Below are positions 12,358 through 22,921 of a stretch of 64,000 bases of DNA, one piece after another (within the stretch, counting starts at the first letter, position 1; each line of letters starts with the position of its first letter). The stretch is from Ignisphaera sp. (GTDB lineage: Archaea; Thermoproteota; Thermoprotei_A; Sulfolobales; Ignisphaeraceae). The translations under genes were made by a program, and so were the position numbers. The stretch covers positions 17,564 to 81,563 of the forward strand of contig JAWAHS010000003.1 in assembly GCA_038889075.1 (NCBI GenBank). The letters are read 5' to 3'. The notes below the pieces were generated by a model. It did no database searches. It saw only the letters and a list, made by a program, of their open reading frames with translations, and was not told the origin of the DNA.

Positions 12358-13549
12358 TATCTACACCCATACTCTGGCTATGGAGTTGAAATCCTTCATA
12401 TTCTGCAAGAACTCTAGCCGCAGACAAAATCTCACTAGCTATACCCTTAGAGCTATAGAAAATAGCTATAGGTTTTAGAAAATCGTATACTGTAAGCACA
12501 CCTCTTGTTTTAGCCCATCCATTGGTTGGCAGTATATGGTCTGGTCCAAGGTAATCCACCATAGCAGAGGGCTCGGAACCTAAGGTTACAGCACCTGCGT
12601 TTCTAATTCTATCTAGATAGTTGAATGGATTCGTAACGTAGAGAGATAGATGTTCAGGTGCTAGGTTATTTGCGATATCTATTGCTTCATCGATGTCTCG
12701 GACTAAAGCTAAATAGTATGTATGGTTCGCATCGCTACTTAGCTCTCGTTCAACATTCTCTATAACCTTATGTGAGAATGTTAAAAGCACTATGAATGTA
12801 TCTTTGCTATGTTCGGCTTGGGACTTCATATTGAGCGCTATTTTCCTATGGTCAGCATTTTCATCGGCAATAATAACAAGCTCTGTTGGACCCTCTATAC
12901 CATCTATATCGACAACCTCTCGTACCACATGTTTAGCAGCTTGCACATATATGCTTCCAGGCCCTACAATCTTATTAACCTTGACTACGGACTCCGTACC
13001 GTACGCCATAGCTGCAATAGCATGCGGTCCACCAACTCTATAAACCTCCTTAGCACCTATCTTCACTGCTCCGTATGCTATAGCTGGATTGACACACCCG
13101 TTTCTCATGGGCGGTGACGAAATATATACTTCTCTAACGCCTGCTACAATAGCTGGTATGCCAGCCATAAGAAGTGTTGAGGGATACGACTTGTATCCAC
13201 TTGGTACATATATCCCTATTCTCTCAATGCTCCTCCAGCTAATACCCATGGATACACCATTTAAATCGATTCTGATATCCCTTGGCAGAATTGTACTGTG
13301 TATGTTGTAGAGATGGGTATATAGCATATCGATCGATCTTCTGATGACATCTGACAACCCCTCTATACACTTTTCCAGTTCCGTGGAATCCAATCTAATA
13401 CTTTCAATTTCCACCCCATCGTATTTCTTGGTGAGTTCTATGAGGGCTCTATCACCATGTGTTCTAACATACTCTACAACACTTCTGATGTATTCTATGA
13501 GGCTACCGAAGTTCTCTGTCCTTCTAGCTGGAATACCTTTAATTATCAC
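12347..13549 (-). CDS. hisD: Histidinol dehydrogenase
   Basis: GIYVP.G, YPST.LM, KIVGPG, GPTE, QAEH, APEHL, H.LPT. Confidence 0.96.
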   Translation of the reverse strand: MIIKGIPARRTENFGSLIEYIRSVVEYVRTHGDRALIELTKKYDGVEIESIRLDSTELEKCIEGLSDVIRRSIDMLYTHLYNIHSTILPRDIRIDLNGVSMGISWRSIERIGIYVPSGYKSYPSTLLMAGIPAIVAGVREVYISSPPMRNGCVNPAIAYGAVKIGAKEVYRVGGPHAIAAMAYGTESVVKVNKIVGPGSIYVQAAKHVVREVVDIDGIEGPTELVIIADENADHRKIALNMKSQAEHSKDTFIVLLTFSHKVIENVERELSSDANHTYYLALVRDIDEAIDIANNLAPEHLSLYVTNPFNYLDRIRNAGAVTLGSEPSAMVDYLGPDHILPTNGWAKTRGVLTVYDFLKPIAIFYSSKGIASEILSAARVLAEYEGFQLHSQSMGVDNDV

Positions 13550-14304
13550 TAAATCCTCACCTCAATACCACGATCCATGAGATATCTCTTTAAATCACCA
13601 ATCCTTATAATACCGTCATGGAAGACTCCTGCAGCTAATGCAGCATCAGCTCCACCTATGGTTAAAATAGTATAGAAGTGCTCGTAAGTTCCAGCACCAC
13701 CACTTGCTATAATCGGAACATTAACAGCTTCAGCTACAAGTCTCGTTAACTCGATATCATAGCCTAGCCTTGTTCCATCCCTATCTATACTCGTTAACAA
13801 TATCTCTCCTGCTCCAAGGTTAGCAACCCTTTTAGCCCACTCTATAGCATCCAAACCTGTATCTACAGTTCCTGAGTAGGTATAGACCCTGTACCTATCT
13901 CCTATGCTCTTTGCATCTATTGCCACAACTATCGATTGTGAACCAAATTCATTAGATGCCATAGATACTATATCCGGATTCTTAACAGCTGCTGTGTTTA
14001 TGGCTATCTTATCAGCTCCGTTTGACAATATACGGGATATATCATCTATACTTCCTATACCTCCGCCTACAGTTAGTGGTATGGTCAGTACACTCGCCGT
14101 GTCCCGTACAACGCTTAGCATGGTTTCTCTACCTTCAATGGATGCAGAGATGTCTAGTAATACTATTTCATCTGCTCCCTCCTCCTCATATCTTACCGCA
14201 AGTAATACAGGATCGCCTTTATCCCTCAGCTCAGCAAATCTTACCCCTTTAACTACCCTTCCGTTCTTCACATCTAAACAAGGAATTATTCTCTTCACAG
14301 TCAT
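13549..14304 (-). CDS. hisF: Imidazole glycerol phosphate synthase cyclase subunit
   Basis: [37 protein letters not shown]. Confidence 0.97.
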   Translation of the reverse strand: MTVKRIIPCLDVKNGRVVKGVRFAELRDKGDPVLLAVRYEEEGADEIVLLDISASIEGRETMLSVVRDTASVLTIPLTVGGGIGSIDDISRILSNGADKIAINTAAVKNPDIVSMASNEFGSQSIVVAIDAKSIGDRYRVYTYSGTVDTGLDAIEWAKRVANLGAGEILLTSIDRDGTRLGYDIELTRLVAEAVNVPIIASGGAGTYEHFYTILTIGGADAALAAGVFHDGIIRIGDLKRYLMDRGIEVRI

Positions 14305-14888
14305 AGAACTCCCTTCGTACTTCTAATGTACGAACTGACAATCCTTGACGACTCGTATAGAGTGATGCCAAGACCCTTGAATGTAGCTTCTGCAATGTGA
14401 TGCGAATTGAATCCCTTTAACTGAACTACATGGATAGTTATGGCCGATTTTTTTGCAAATGTTTCAATGAAGTGATAGAGGTTCTCCGTAGCCATATCGC
14501 CTAGAATCTCTTTTGCAATATTTAAATCTACATATGCTCCACCCCTACCAGATATATCAATGGACACAATAACAAGAGCTTCATCCATAGGGATTATAGC
14601 ATCCGCAAATCTCTTTATACCAATTCTATCCCCGAGACACTCACTAAGAGCTTCGCCTAATACTATTGCAGAATCCTCTATGATATGGTGATCATCGGTG
14701 GGCATCCTATCGACGACATTAACCATGGCTGTAGAATTCATATAGCTCAGCATTGTTGTTAGCAGATGATTAAAGAATTTAACTGGTGTTGTAACACGTA
14801 CATCGCCAATTTCATCTATATTAAGCTCCACCTCAACCCTTGTCTCCAGTGTTTCTCTAATCCGTCTACAAATTCTACCTCTAGACAA
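14301..14888 (-). CDS. hisB: Imidazoleglycerol-phosphate dehydratase (monofunctional)
   Basis: R.T.ET, DDHH..ED, PMDEAL, NSHH..E..FK, STKG.L. Confidence 0.96.
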   Translation of the reverse strand: MSRGRICRRIRETLETRVEVELNIDEIGDVRVTTPVKFFNHLLTTMLSYMNSTAMVNVVDRMPTDDHHIIEDSAIVLGEALSECLGDRIGIKRFADAIIPMDEALVIVSIDISGRGGAYVDLNIAKEILGDMATENLYHFIETFAKKSAITIHVVQLKGFNSHHIAEATFKGLGITLYESSRIVSSYIRSTKGVL

Positions 14889-15576
14889 TCCTTACCCCCT
14901 TTAAATGACCCATGTATAGAGCCATACCCATTATTACATAATCGAATCCTACATTCCTTAAAAAGAGTAGATCATTGTATGTAGCTACACCTCCAGCATA
15001 TTCCTTTAAACCGTTTACTGCTCGAACGTATTTCCCAATACCCCTGTCAACACCCATACATGTTCCCTCTGTTGATATATAGGTAAATATGGTTCCGAGA
15101 AGCCTCACTTCCTTCAACAGTTTAACTGCACTATCCAAATCTATGGCTGTAGTACTCCATCCCTTAACCATAACATTATGGTTACTGTCGTAGTCTACCG
15201 ATACCAGTATCTTATCCCATCCAATGCACCTATATATTTCACCAAATCTATCAGGATCTGTAAAGAATACTGTTGATACTATAATGGCCGATGCTCCATA
15301 GGATAGCATTCTGGATGCTCTTTCAGCACTTCGAATACCTCCACCAACTTGGATCCATTTAAAGCCAATGCTAGCTATGCTCTTTATAATGTGTTCATTT
15401 GACCCTATATCCTCTGCTGCATCGAGATCCACGATATGTATATGATCGTATCCAAGTGAGTAGAGCTCGTATGCCACCTCCATAGGGTTTCCTAAAACCG
15501 TTCCACTACCCCTCATACCCTTAACCCTCTTTACAGCTCTTCCCCCACTTACATCTATACTGGGTACTACTATCAT
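14881..15576 (-). CDS. hisA: ProFAR isomerase
   Basis: PSIDV..G.AV, HIVDLD, QVGGGIRS, EGT..G, AGGV. Confidence 0.95.
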   Translation of the reverse strand: MIVVPSIDVSGGRAVKRVKGMRGSGTVLGNPMEVAYELYSLGYDHIHIVDLDAAEDIGSNEHIIKSIASIGFKWIQVGGGIRSAERASRMLSYGASAIIVSTVFFTDPDRFGEIYRCIGWDKILVSVDYDSNHNVMVKGWSTTAIDLDSAVKLLKEVRLLGTIFTYISTEGTCMGVDRGIGKYVRAVNGLKEYAGGVATYNDLLFLRNVGFDYVIMGMALYMGHLKGVRIV

Positions 15577-16451
15577 TTTACCACCTTCTCAATATCAACT
15601 ACAACAATATCCCTAGCTCCATTTACCTTTGCTCTCAAGATTATCTCAGGCAACTCATTCTCGTCTACTACGGTTATCACCTCCCATGCATCAGATTTAC
15701 TCAACCTCGTGATAGCAGGTGCTAACATTGCTGGTAGACTTGAAAGAACGTTACCTAGGGCTCTATCCGGTACATTCATAAATAGCATCTTCCTACCCTT
15801 AGCAGTAAGTACTCCTTTAATCATTGTAACAATAAGTTCAATCTTTTCCGAGTTGCTCCTCTCCATCCATTTCCTAGGAGCTATTAGCACAGCATAGGTA
15901 TCCATAATATTCTCTAGAGGTTCCAATCCGTGTAGTCTAAGTGTCGTACCTGTACTCATTACATCAATTACAGCGTCAGCGGCACCTAAATATGGCATAA
16001 TTTCTGCGGCTCCACTGATCTTTACTATTCTTGCTCTAATACCCTTTGCAGAAATGTAGCTTCTTGCTATATTATGATACTTTGTAGCTATCCTAATTTC
16101 ACTACCACTCTTTATTAAATCCTCTATGCTTCCTATATTCCAGTTTCTAGGTATGGCAAAGACTATCCTTGCTTTCCCAAAGTCAAGTGGAAGGAGCTCT
16201 TCAACCTCGGTACCACTCTCAATAACATAATCGTGCCCTGTTATTCCAAGATCCGCACCACCACTTTCGATAATATATGGTATATCCTCTGGACGAACCA
16301 TAACAATCTCTACACCACTCCAATTTGTTGGAAGAATTAGCGCTTTTTCATCGACTGCAATAAGCTTTATACCAGCCATTTGTAGAAGTTCTATTGCAGG
16401 TTGTTGAAGCCTGCCTTTATTTGGTATAGCTATCCTCACGTAATTCACCAA
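15573..16451 (-). CDS. hisG: ATP phosphoribosyltransferase (long form)
   Basis: IAIPNKGRL, RPEDIP, DLGITG.D, IATKY, STGTTL..GL, C-terminal regulatory domain. Confidence 0.97.
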   Translation of the reverse strand: MVNYVRIAIPNKGRLQQPAIELLQMAGIKLIAVDEKALILPTNWSGVEIVMVRPEDIPYIIESGGADLGITGHDYVIESGTEVEELLPLDFGKARIVFAIPRNWNIGSIEDLIKSGSEIRIATKYHNIARSYISAKGIRARIVKISGAAEIMPYLGAADAVIDVMSTGTTLRLHGLEPLENIMDTYAVLIAPRKWMERSNSEKIELIVTMIKGVLTAKGRKMLFMNVPDRALGNVLSSLPAMLAPAITRLSKSDAWEVITVVDENELPEIILRAKVNGARDIVVVDIEKVVK

Positions 16452-17496
16452 GTACTTCTATAACCTTTCTACACACATTTTCATCACCTATTGTTATTCT
16501 ATAGAGGTTCCTACCAACATCTCTAATCAGTATTCCATGCTTTAACATATAACTCTTTAAATCTCTTCTATCCTTTACAAGTAAGAAGTTGGTTAGACTT
16601 TTATATGCATTAAATCCGAGTTTCCTGAGTTCCGTATACATCCATTCTCTCAACTCTACTATTTTAGATACAACCCTATTTACATACTCTCTATTTTCAA
16701 GAGCTGCTATACCTGCAGCAATCGTTGGCGTTGGAATGTCAAAGACTGTGTGTAGCTTTGATAAAATACTGATCAATTTTCTATGCGCTATTATATAGCC
16801 AAGTCTAAAACCAGCTAGACAGAATGCTTTACTAAGACTTCTGATAACAATTAGATTTGGGTAGTCGTTTACCATATGTGCTACTGTATAGCCTCCAAAT
16901 TCGTAGTAGGTTTCATCAACGATTATGAAACCGTTTACTCTCTCAGCAAGTGCTGATAGAAGCTCTCTATCCCCTCTGAGAATAGGTGAACCTGTAGGAT
17001 TATTAGGATCAACAAGTACAACCATATTGGCTCTACCTGCATTCTCGATAAGCTTCTTCACATCTATGCCCCACCATTCACCACATTCAAAGGAATCAAT
17101 AACGATGCTATTCAATCCTCTTAAAGATGCTAAAATTGGTATCATACTAAACGTTGGATTCACAAATTCTACTGTCTCTCCTGGCTCCACTAGATTATAG
17201 AATATAGTTTTAAGAGCGCCATCTGCCCCTACAAATGGATATACATTCTCCAGGTCAACACCACTGTAATCTCCCAAAAGTCTTCTCAGCTTATTAAAAA
17301 TATCAGCACTAGGATATCGATTAATTTCGTACAAAGTTTGAATGGCCGACTCAATAACGTAGGATGGTGGTGGCCATGGACATTCATTCAGATGCAGCCT
17401 TATACCAACCTCCTCTACATATCTATAGCCTTCCTGCTCTAATAACCACGGTTTTATTTTACTTAAAATATCTATTGATGCAATTCGAGATCCCAT
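16417..17496 (-). CDS. hisC: Histidinol-phosphate aminotransferase
   Basis: LHLNECP, NRYP, PNNPTG, VDETY, RSLSKAFCLAGFRLGY (PLP lysine); first gene of his operon. Confidence 0.93.
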   Translation of the reverse strand: MGSRIASIDILSKIKPWLLEQEGYRYVEEVGIRLHLNECPWPPPSYVIESAIQTLYEINRYPSADIFNKLRRLLGDYSGVDLENVYPFVGADGALKTIFYNLVEPGETVEFVNPTFSMIPILASLRGLNSIVIDSFECGEWWGIDVKKLIENAGRANMVVLVDPNNPTGSPILRGDRELLSALAERVNGFIIVDETYYEFGGYTVAHMVNDYPNLIVIRSLSKAFCLAGFRLGYIIAHRKLISILSKLHTVFDIPTPTIAAGIAALENREYVNRVVSKIVELREWMYTELRKLGFNAYKSLTNFLLVKDRRDLKSYMLKHGILIRDVGRNLYRITIGDENVCRKVIEVLGELREDSYTK

Positions 17497-17661
17497 CTAT
17501 GTTATTTTATCCTACTATATTTTCCGAACAGCTTTAAAAATATATATGGAGTGTTTGACAGCTATGTTACGGTACTCTATGGCAATAATCTTAAAATAGG
17601 GTTATTATCAGAAAACTTAAATTAGGTTTGCAATTATAGTATTTTTATGAGGCTGTAGTGC

Positions 17662-17949
17662 ATGTCTTCTACTTCACCATCACGTAGCGAACTTATAGAT
17701 ATCATAACATCCAATAATATAATAGAAGAGTTTGTAGCGTGGCTTAGAAATGTCAAGAAAATTGATACGGATCCGATATCTCTAAAAGATGTTGACTACA
17801 ATCTACTCCTAGAGTTTGTACATACAAAGGGCCTCCTTAAATCTGAAGCTCCACCAGAGCTAATCAATCCATCTGATGATAAGTTGGAACATTACAGTGT
17901 GAGTGGTAAAAGATTTACAAAGCCTAAAAAAATTAGAAGGAAAACATGA
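17662..17949 (+). CDS. Small hypothetical protein
   Basis: 95-aa ORF divergent from his operon, TATA-like CTTAAA upstream, basic C-terminus; no family recognised. Confidence 0.7.
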   Translation: MSSTSPSRSELIDIITSNNIIEEFVAWLRNVKKIDTDPISLKDVDYNLLLEFVHTKGLLKSEAPPELINPSDDKLEHYSVSGKRFTKPKKIRRKT

Positions 17950-18309
17950 TAATATATAGCTGTTAAACCATTGCTATACTGCTGCAAGACTATTGGCAGA
18001 TTTAATAATCGACTGGAGATCCCCAGATCTCCCACCAGATCATACCAGTTGATACTGTCATCCCATACCTATTTTTTCTACTCCTAATTGGACCTAGAAC
18101 TGCTCTGTGCATCTTACGTCTTAAAGGTTTTTGGGAAGGAACTATTCAGTTTTCGACTCCATTATTAACAATATACTGGAGTAGAGGTATTAAAGGGTAG
18201 ATCATTTATAAGCAATTTCAATATCGTGGTGGAAAAATCGGTATTGCTGATATAAATCAATATGAAAATTAAAGTGATTTGAAGGACACAATTTCTGTTT
18301 TAATATATG

Positions 18310-19845
18310 TTACCGTATTTTTTTAAATGGAATTGGTGCTTCCTTTACATTATACCTTTCTATGTAACCTAGTTTAAATTGCTCTAATCCATGCTCTATT
18401 CTATCTAGACCTAAGCTATTCAGTATGTTGCTGGTGGTCACCGGCATTATTGGATGGAATAGGAGTGAAGCAATTCTTATAGACTCTAGCACTGTGTAGA
18501 TTGTCTGGTTTGGTTTAATGGTTCTCCACGGCTCTTTTCTATTTATGTATGCATTTGTTTCATGTAGTATATCTAGTGTGTATTTTACTGCTGTAGCAAC
18601 TTCAAGACTGTTATAGTAGTCGATGGATTGCTGCTTCAACTTATCTACAGTTTTAGCAAATTCTTCATCTAAATCACGTATAGCATTGCCATTAAGCGTT
18701 TTTATAGCAAGTGTTGTTGCCCTTCTTACTAGATTGCCATAGTTATTGAGTAGATCCCCCATATATATAGAATCGTATATATCCCATGAAACCTCGACAT
18801 CCTTATCATAATTTGCTATTCTAGCTATTATAAATCTAACGACCTCTGGATTACCGTATCTCTTAACCATCTCATCGATGGATACAACGTTACCGAGGCT
18901 TTTACCCATTTTCTGCCCTTTGATAGTTAAATACGAGTGAACAAGTAGTTTTTTAGGTGGTGGTAGGTCGAGCATTGCTAGTATTGTAAACCATATTGCA
19001 GTATGAAACCATAGAATATCCTTTCCTATCAGCTGTACGGAGCTTCTCCAATATCGTTCAATTCTATCCATATTCCTAGGGTAGCCCAGTCCTGTTAAAT
19101 AATTCAGGAGCGCGTCTATCCATACATAAACAACATACCTATTATCGAATGGTAGCTCGATACCCCAGCTCACCCTTGTTTTTGGTCTAGCTATAGAGAG
19201 ATCTTGAAGCCCCTCAATCTCGATCTTTGTAGCCACTTCATCACTGTAATGTTTTGGATACACAATGTTGCCTTCCCTCAAAATCCTGAGCACATAGTCC
19301 TTGAATAGCGATAGCTTAAGAAAATACGTATCCTCTTCAATGAATTCAAGCGCCCTTCTGTGAATAGGGCACATAACTACATCATTCTCAACAACATACT
19401 CGCCTTCACTATAGAATTTCTCACAGGCTGTACAATACCACCCCCTGTATTTGCCACTGTAGATGTAGCCCTTATCCCATAGCTTACTGATTACATACCT
19501 CACCACTTCCTCATGTTCCTGCTCTGTAGTTCTTATAAATCTGTTATAACCTATCCCCAACATCTTCCAGTATTCTTTGAATACCTCGGCCATTTGGTCA
19601 ACAAAATCCTTTGGATCCATACCCCTCTTCTCAGCTTCCCTCTGAAGTTTTGCACCATGCTCATCTGTACCCGTTAGAAGATACGAATTACAGCCAGCTA
19701 AAGAGAACCATCTAGATATAATATCCGCTAAAACGGTAGTATATGCATGCCCTAAGTGAGGCTTATCATTTGGATAGTAGATAGGTGTGGTTACATAAAT
19801 AAAACATTTTTCAGGACTTCGCTGACCTACGCTATCCATATCCAA
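18310..19845 (-). CDS. metG: Methionine--tRNA ligase (short, single zinc knuckle)
   Basis: HLGH, TGTDEHG, CxxC...CPIH knuckle, YVWIDAL, GKDI..FH, KMGKS. Confidence 0.96.
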   Translation of the reverse strand: MDMDSVGQRSPEKCFIYVTTPIYYPNDKPHLGHAYTTVLADIISRWFSLAGCNSYLLTGTDEHGAKLQREAEKRGMDPKDFVDQMAEVFKEYWKMLGIGYNRFIRTTEQEHEEVVRYVISKLWDKGYIYSGKYRGWYCTACEKFYSEGEYVVENDVVMCPIHRRALEFIEEDTYFLKLSLFKDYVLRILREGNIVYPKHYSDEVATKIEIEGLQDLSIARPKTRVSWGIELPFDNRYVVYVWIDALLNYLTGLGYPRNMDRIERYWRSSVQLIGKDILWFHTAIWFTILAMLDLPPPKKLLVHSYLTIKGQKMGKSLGNVVSIDEMVKRYGNPEVVRFIIARIANYDKDVEVSWDIYDSIYMGDLLNNYGNLVRRATTLAIKTLNGNAIRDLDEEFAKTVDKLKQQSIDYYNSLEVATAVKYTLDILHETNAYINRKEPWRTIKPNQTIYTVLESIRIASLLFHPIMPVTTSNILNSLGLDRIEHGLEQFKLGYIERYNVKEAPIPFKKIR

Positions 19846-19968
19846 GTCACCTAATCAGATTCCAGCAGTAACGTAGTAGTGATATACATATTTATAAACG
19901 TAATTCTAAATATACGGCGATCTATGTCTCATATCATAATATAAGTTGGCTCAGCTATTTCTATTATA

Positions 19969-20748
19969 ATGCATATGGTGATCGTTGTGAAACCCTACGT
20001 GCTCCGCTTTGTATCACTTGAATCAGGCAAGGGTAAAACATCTATAGCAACCTCTGTAATAGCTAAGCTAAAGCTTAGAGGATACCTTATTGCTGCTATT
20101 AAACATGCTGTTCATGGTATCGATATAGATGAGAAAGATACGAGCAGATACATTAATGCAGGTGCTGATATCGTTATTGCCTCATCTAATAATCTCGGTG
20201 CTATATACTATAGTAAATGGATGGATTCGCTAGACCATATTTTAAGATTTGTAAATGCACCAATCGTTATCGTAGAGGGGTTTAGGAGATGTAACATTGG
20301 AGATGTAATAGCAGTTGTGGATTCCCATAACGAATTTAATACACTCTCTAGAGATGTTGTAGGAAACATCATAGCCGTTATACACACTGATAATGTATCT
20401 AGTGAGGTTAGTGGACTGGGGGTTAATGTATTTAATAGAGATGATGTAGATGGTATAGTTTCATTTGTAGAATCGAGAGCTCTAAAGTTTCTAGAGAATC
20501 AGCTTCCACAGAATAATTGTGGCCTTTGTGGTTTTGAAACGTGTACCATGTTTGTGAAGTTCTATGCTATGGGAAAGGTATATAGTTGCCCCGTATCATC
20601 AGATATAAGGCTAGTTATAGATTCTAAGGATATACCTCTTAACCCATTTGTTAAAAATATCCTCAGATCAACAATAAATGGATTCATAGATTCTCTTAAG
20701 GGAATTCCACCACAGAGAAGAAAAATACTGATCGAAATCGAACTTTAA
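19969..20748 (+). CDS. mobB: Molybdopterin-guanine dinucleotide biosynthesis protein B with C-terminal Fe-S domain
   Basis: SGKGKT P-loop, IKH, D..R...AGA, VEGF; LP..NCG.CG..TC...CP. Confidence 0.88.
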   Translation: MHMVIVVKPYVLRFVSLESGKGKTSIATSVIAKLKLRGYLIAAIKHAVHGIDIDEKDTSRYINAGADIVIASSNNLGAIYYSKWMDSLDHILRFVNAPIVIVEGFRRCNIGDVIAVVDSHNEFNTLSRDVVGNIIAVIHTDNVSSEVSGLGVNVFNRDDVDGIVSFVESRALKFLENQLPQNNCGLCGFETCTMFVKFYAMGKVYSCPVSSDIRLVIDSKDIPLNPFVKNILRSTINGFIDSLKGIPPQRRKILIEIEL

Positions 20749-21210
20749 ACGGTTACCCAAAGCTGTTCTACACCTCATACGGGTTATAGGTAACTAGTAC
20801 TAATCCCTACCCATACCTCGACCAAAGAATATACAGACTTTCAAGATGGTGGAAGCTACCGATAAGAAGAAAAATTCTTCCCTGAGCAACCAAGATGTAC
20901 AGCTTTCATAGTGCTCCATGAATCTCGTTTCTTTTTGCACAACTTCAAGGTTACCTCGATATAATTTTTACAGAGGGTGCGGGATGCAGAATCTAAGTCT
21001 AGGAGATATCTGAATACCCTCCATGGAGGGTGCAAACCCGAAATCGATACAAGAGGAGAAGAAACAGCTTAACAAACCTAGAATCAACTTATACAAACCT
21101 ATATAAAACCAGTTTATTAGATAAAGCATATGATCTAGAGACAGAACAGTATAAGCGAAATCCCTCTGGAAATGAATGATACCACCTAAAGATATTTTCT
21201 CCAATGTATA

Positions 21211-21265
21211 TCAGGGGGATTCGCTATTCATCATAATACTCAGTAAGGATGCGTTTCCTCATCTT
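21211..21265 (-). ncRNA. Box C/D methylation guide sRNA
   Basis: Minus strand: C AAGATGA, guide GGAAACGCATCCTTA, D' CTGA, C' ATGATGA, guide ATAGCGAATCCCC, D CTGA; intergenic. Confidence 0.8.
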
Positions 21266-21393
21266 AGATATCTATGTATATAGGGAATTATATTTCCTTA
21301 GTGTCCGGTGTTCCTTTAGATTGAATTCCAGCCTATGACTTGCAACTAGTATGTTTACATCTCTAATCTAATTAAACGAGTATGACTTTCGCC

Positions 21394-21996
21394 CTACAGC
21401 TTCTGTTCTATATATATTCTCCAGAAGTGTCTTCGCGGCATATATGGAGCGATCTCTATACCAAGCTTTCTAAATGCTTTATTCTGCTTTTCTGTTAATA
21501 GATGCCGTCTATAGTATCTTAGTGCCGCCTCACCATATCTATTCATGAATTCTATATATGCTTTGTACGACAGTCCATCAGCCTCTCTATTCATTTCCCT
21601 AGGAATCCAGATGAGCTTAACATTCTGTAACATTTTCAGAAGCTCCAAAGCTTTCTCGTAGAGCGGTTTTATTCTCTCAGACCTCACCCTATATACACCA
21701 TTGATCTGATTTATAACAAGTTGACTATCACCGTATATCTCGATATCCTCTTTTATGCCCAGCTCAATTAGCTTTTCAAGCAATTTTATCAATGCATGAT
21801 ATTCGGCTATATTGTTGGAAGTATAGTCGCCTAGCATGCCAGCACCTATAATGCCACAGCACCTTGCTACCTCCATTCCATTCCTATAAATTATATAACC
21901 GTATGTAGCAACACCTCCTGGATTTACTGGTTCACACAGTCCATCGAAATATCCTTTTATCATACCTCTCTCCATAAGATGGTTGTTCTTCCACAT
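21394..21996 (-). CDS. rnhA: Ribonuclease HI (archaeal type)
   Basis: YFDG.CEP.NPGG, SNN.AEY, GDSQLV..Q, W.PRE.N..AD; true start may be the second Met (MIKGYFDG). Confidence 0.92.
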   Translation of the reverse strand: MWKNNHLMERGMIKGYFDGLCEPVNPGGVATYGYIIYRNGMEVARCCGIIGAGMLGDYTSNNIAEYHALIKLLEKLIELGIKEDIEIYGDSQLVINQINGVYRVRSERIKPLYEKALELLKMLQNVKLIWIPREMNREADGLSYKAYIEFMNRYGEAALRYYRRHLLTEKQNKAFRKLGIEIAPYMPRRHFWRIYIEQKL

Positions 21997-22026
21997 AAAA
22001 ATGCATAGTGTATACTAAAACTTTTG

Positions 22027-22224
22027 CTATTCCCGATTACTGTGCGTAATATATTCCCGCATAACTGCAAGCGAACTACTGAGAAGTATTATTCCTATTA
22101 CGAATGTGAACAATGCCTGTAAATACTTGTCCTGGTACATAAAGATCGTAGATATCGCAAAAAACATTATCGCCGCTACCATTAGAGTTACAATTATCAC
22201 TCTATCCCTAACCAATATTATCAC
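22027..22224 (-). CDS. Small two-TM membrane protein
   Basis: Two hydrophobic helices; co-oriented with neighbours. Confidence 0.7.
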   Translation of the reverse strand: MIILVRDRVIIVTLMVAAIMFFAISTIFMYQDKYLQALFTFVIGIILLSSSLAVMREYITHSNRE

Positions 22225-22261
22225 AGGATTGTATAGAATACGTGAAGAATATAAGCTATGA

Positions 22262-22921
22262 TTAGAAAATAGCTTCGATTAATATGAGCGCTAAAAGATA
22301 CGGTAGAATTGCAAATAGTGTAGCATAGAATGTAGGAAGCCTTTTCCTAGAAACTAAGTAGATGAGCCAAAGAGTGGCAAGTACGAGTACCAGGTTTTTT
22401 AGGATTATATAGGAATAGAAGAGTGTTGCTATACCTATAATGTGTGCAGAAATTGCCAAAGTATTTGTAAGAGATGATAGATTAGTAAATACGAATTTTG
22501 ATATGGAGGCTACTGTATCAAGTGATGGTCGTATCGTCAGTGCGAGTGCTAGAAATACTATGACTGTATACATTACTAGAGATGACCAACGCTCCATTAG
22601 AGGAAATATGATCTTACCACTAACAAGCAGTGGATATAGTATTAGTGCTACTACCAGATAGATTAATGGTTTCAGAATGTGGATTAAAATATATCGTAAG
22701 CCTACCGCCTCCAGAATACTCCTTCTCAATATATATACGGCCACTCTATGAATAATTACTACAGCTATAAACGTAGCCATCCATAGCCATAGATCTAACG
22801 TTAAAAAGACTGCGGCTGCTATTAGTAGGATTAGAGAGGTGTATTCTGATCTATAGATGGTATCTATAGCTAACGCTATGGATAACGCTATTGCTAGAAC
22901 GTATTCTATCATTTTAACCAC
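22262..22921 (-). CDS. Polytopic membrane protein (MoxR operon)
   Basis: Highly hydrophobic; overlaps the DUF58 gene. Confidence 0.8.
   Translation of the reverse strand: MVKMIEYVLAIALSIALAIDTIYRSEYTSLILLIAAAVFLTLDLWLWMATFIAVVIIHRVAVYILRRSILEAVGLRYILIHILKPLIYLVVALILYPLLVSGKIIFPLMERWSSLVMYTVIVFLALALTIRPSLDTVASISKFVFTNLSSLTNTLAISAHIIGIATLFYSYIILKNLVLVLATLWLIYLVSRKRLPTFYATLFAILPYLLALILIEAIF

Noticed and set aside
11085-17496. his operon order and absence of a histidinol-phosphate phosphatase
   Set aside because: Same hisCGABFDEHI arrangement as Sulfolobus; not novel.
20968-21204. Short ORFs 20968-21204, 28409-28666, 44939-45142 and 46099-46323
   Set aside because: No motifs or SD, or they overlap an sRNA or gene; probably spurious.
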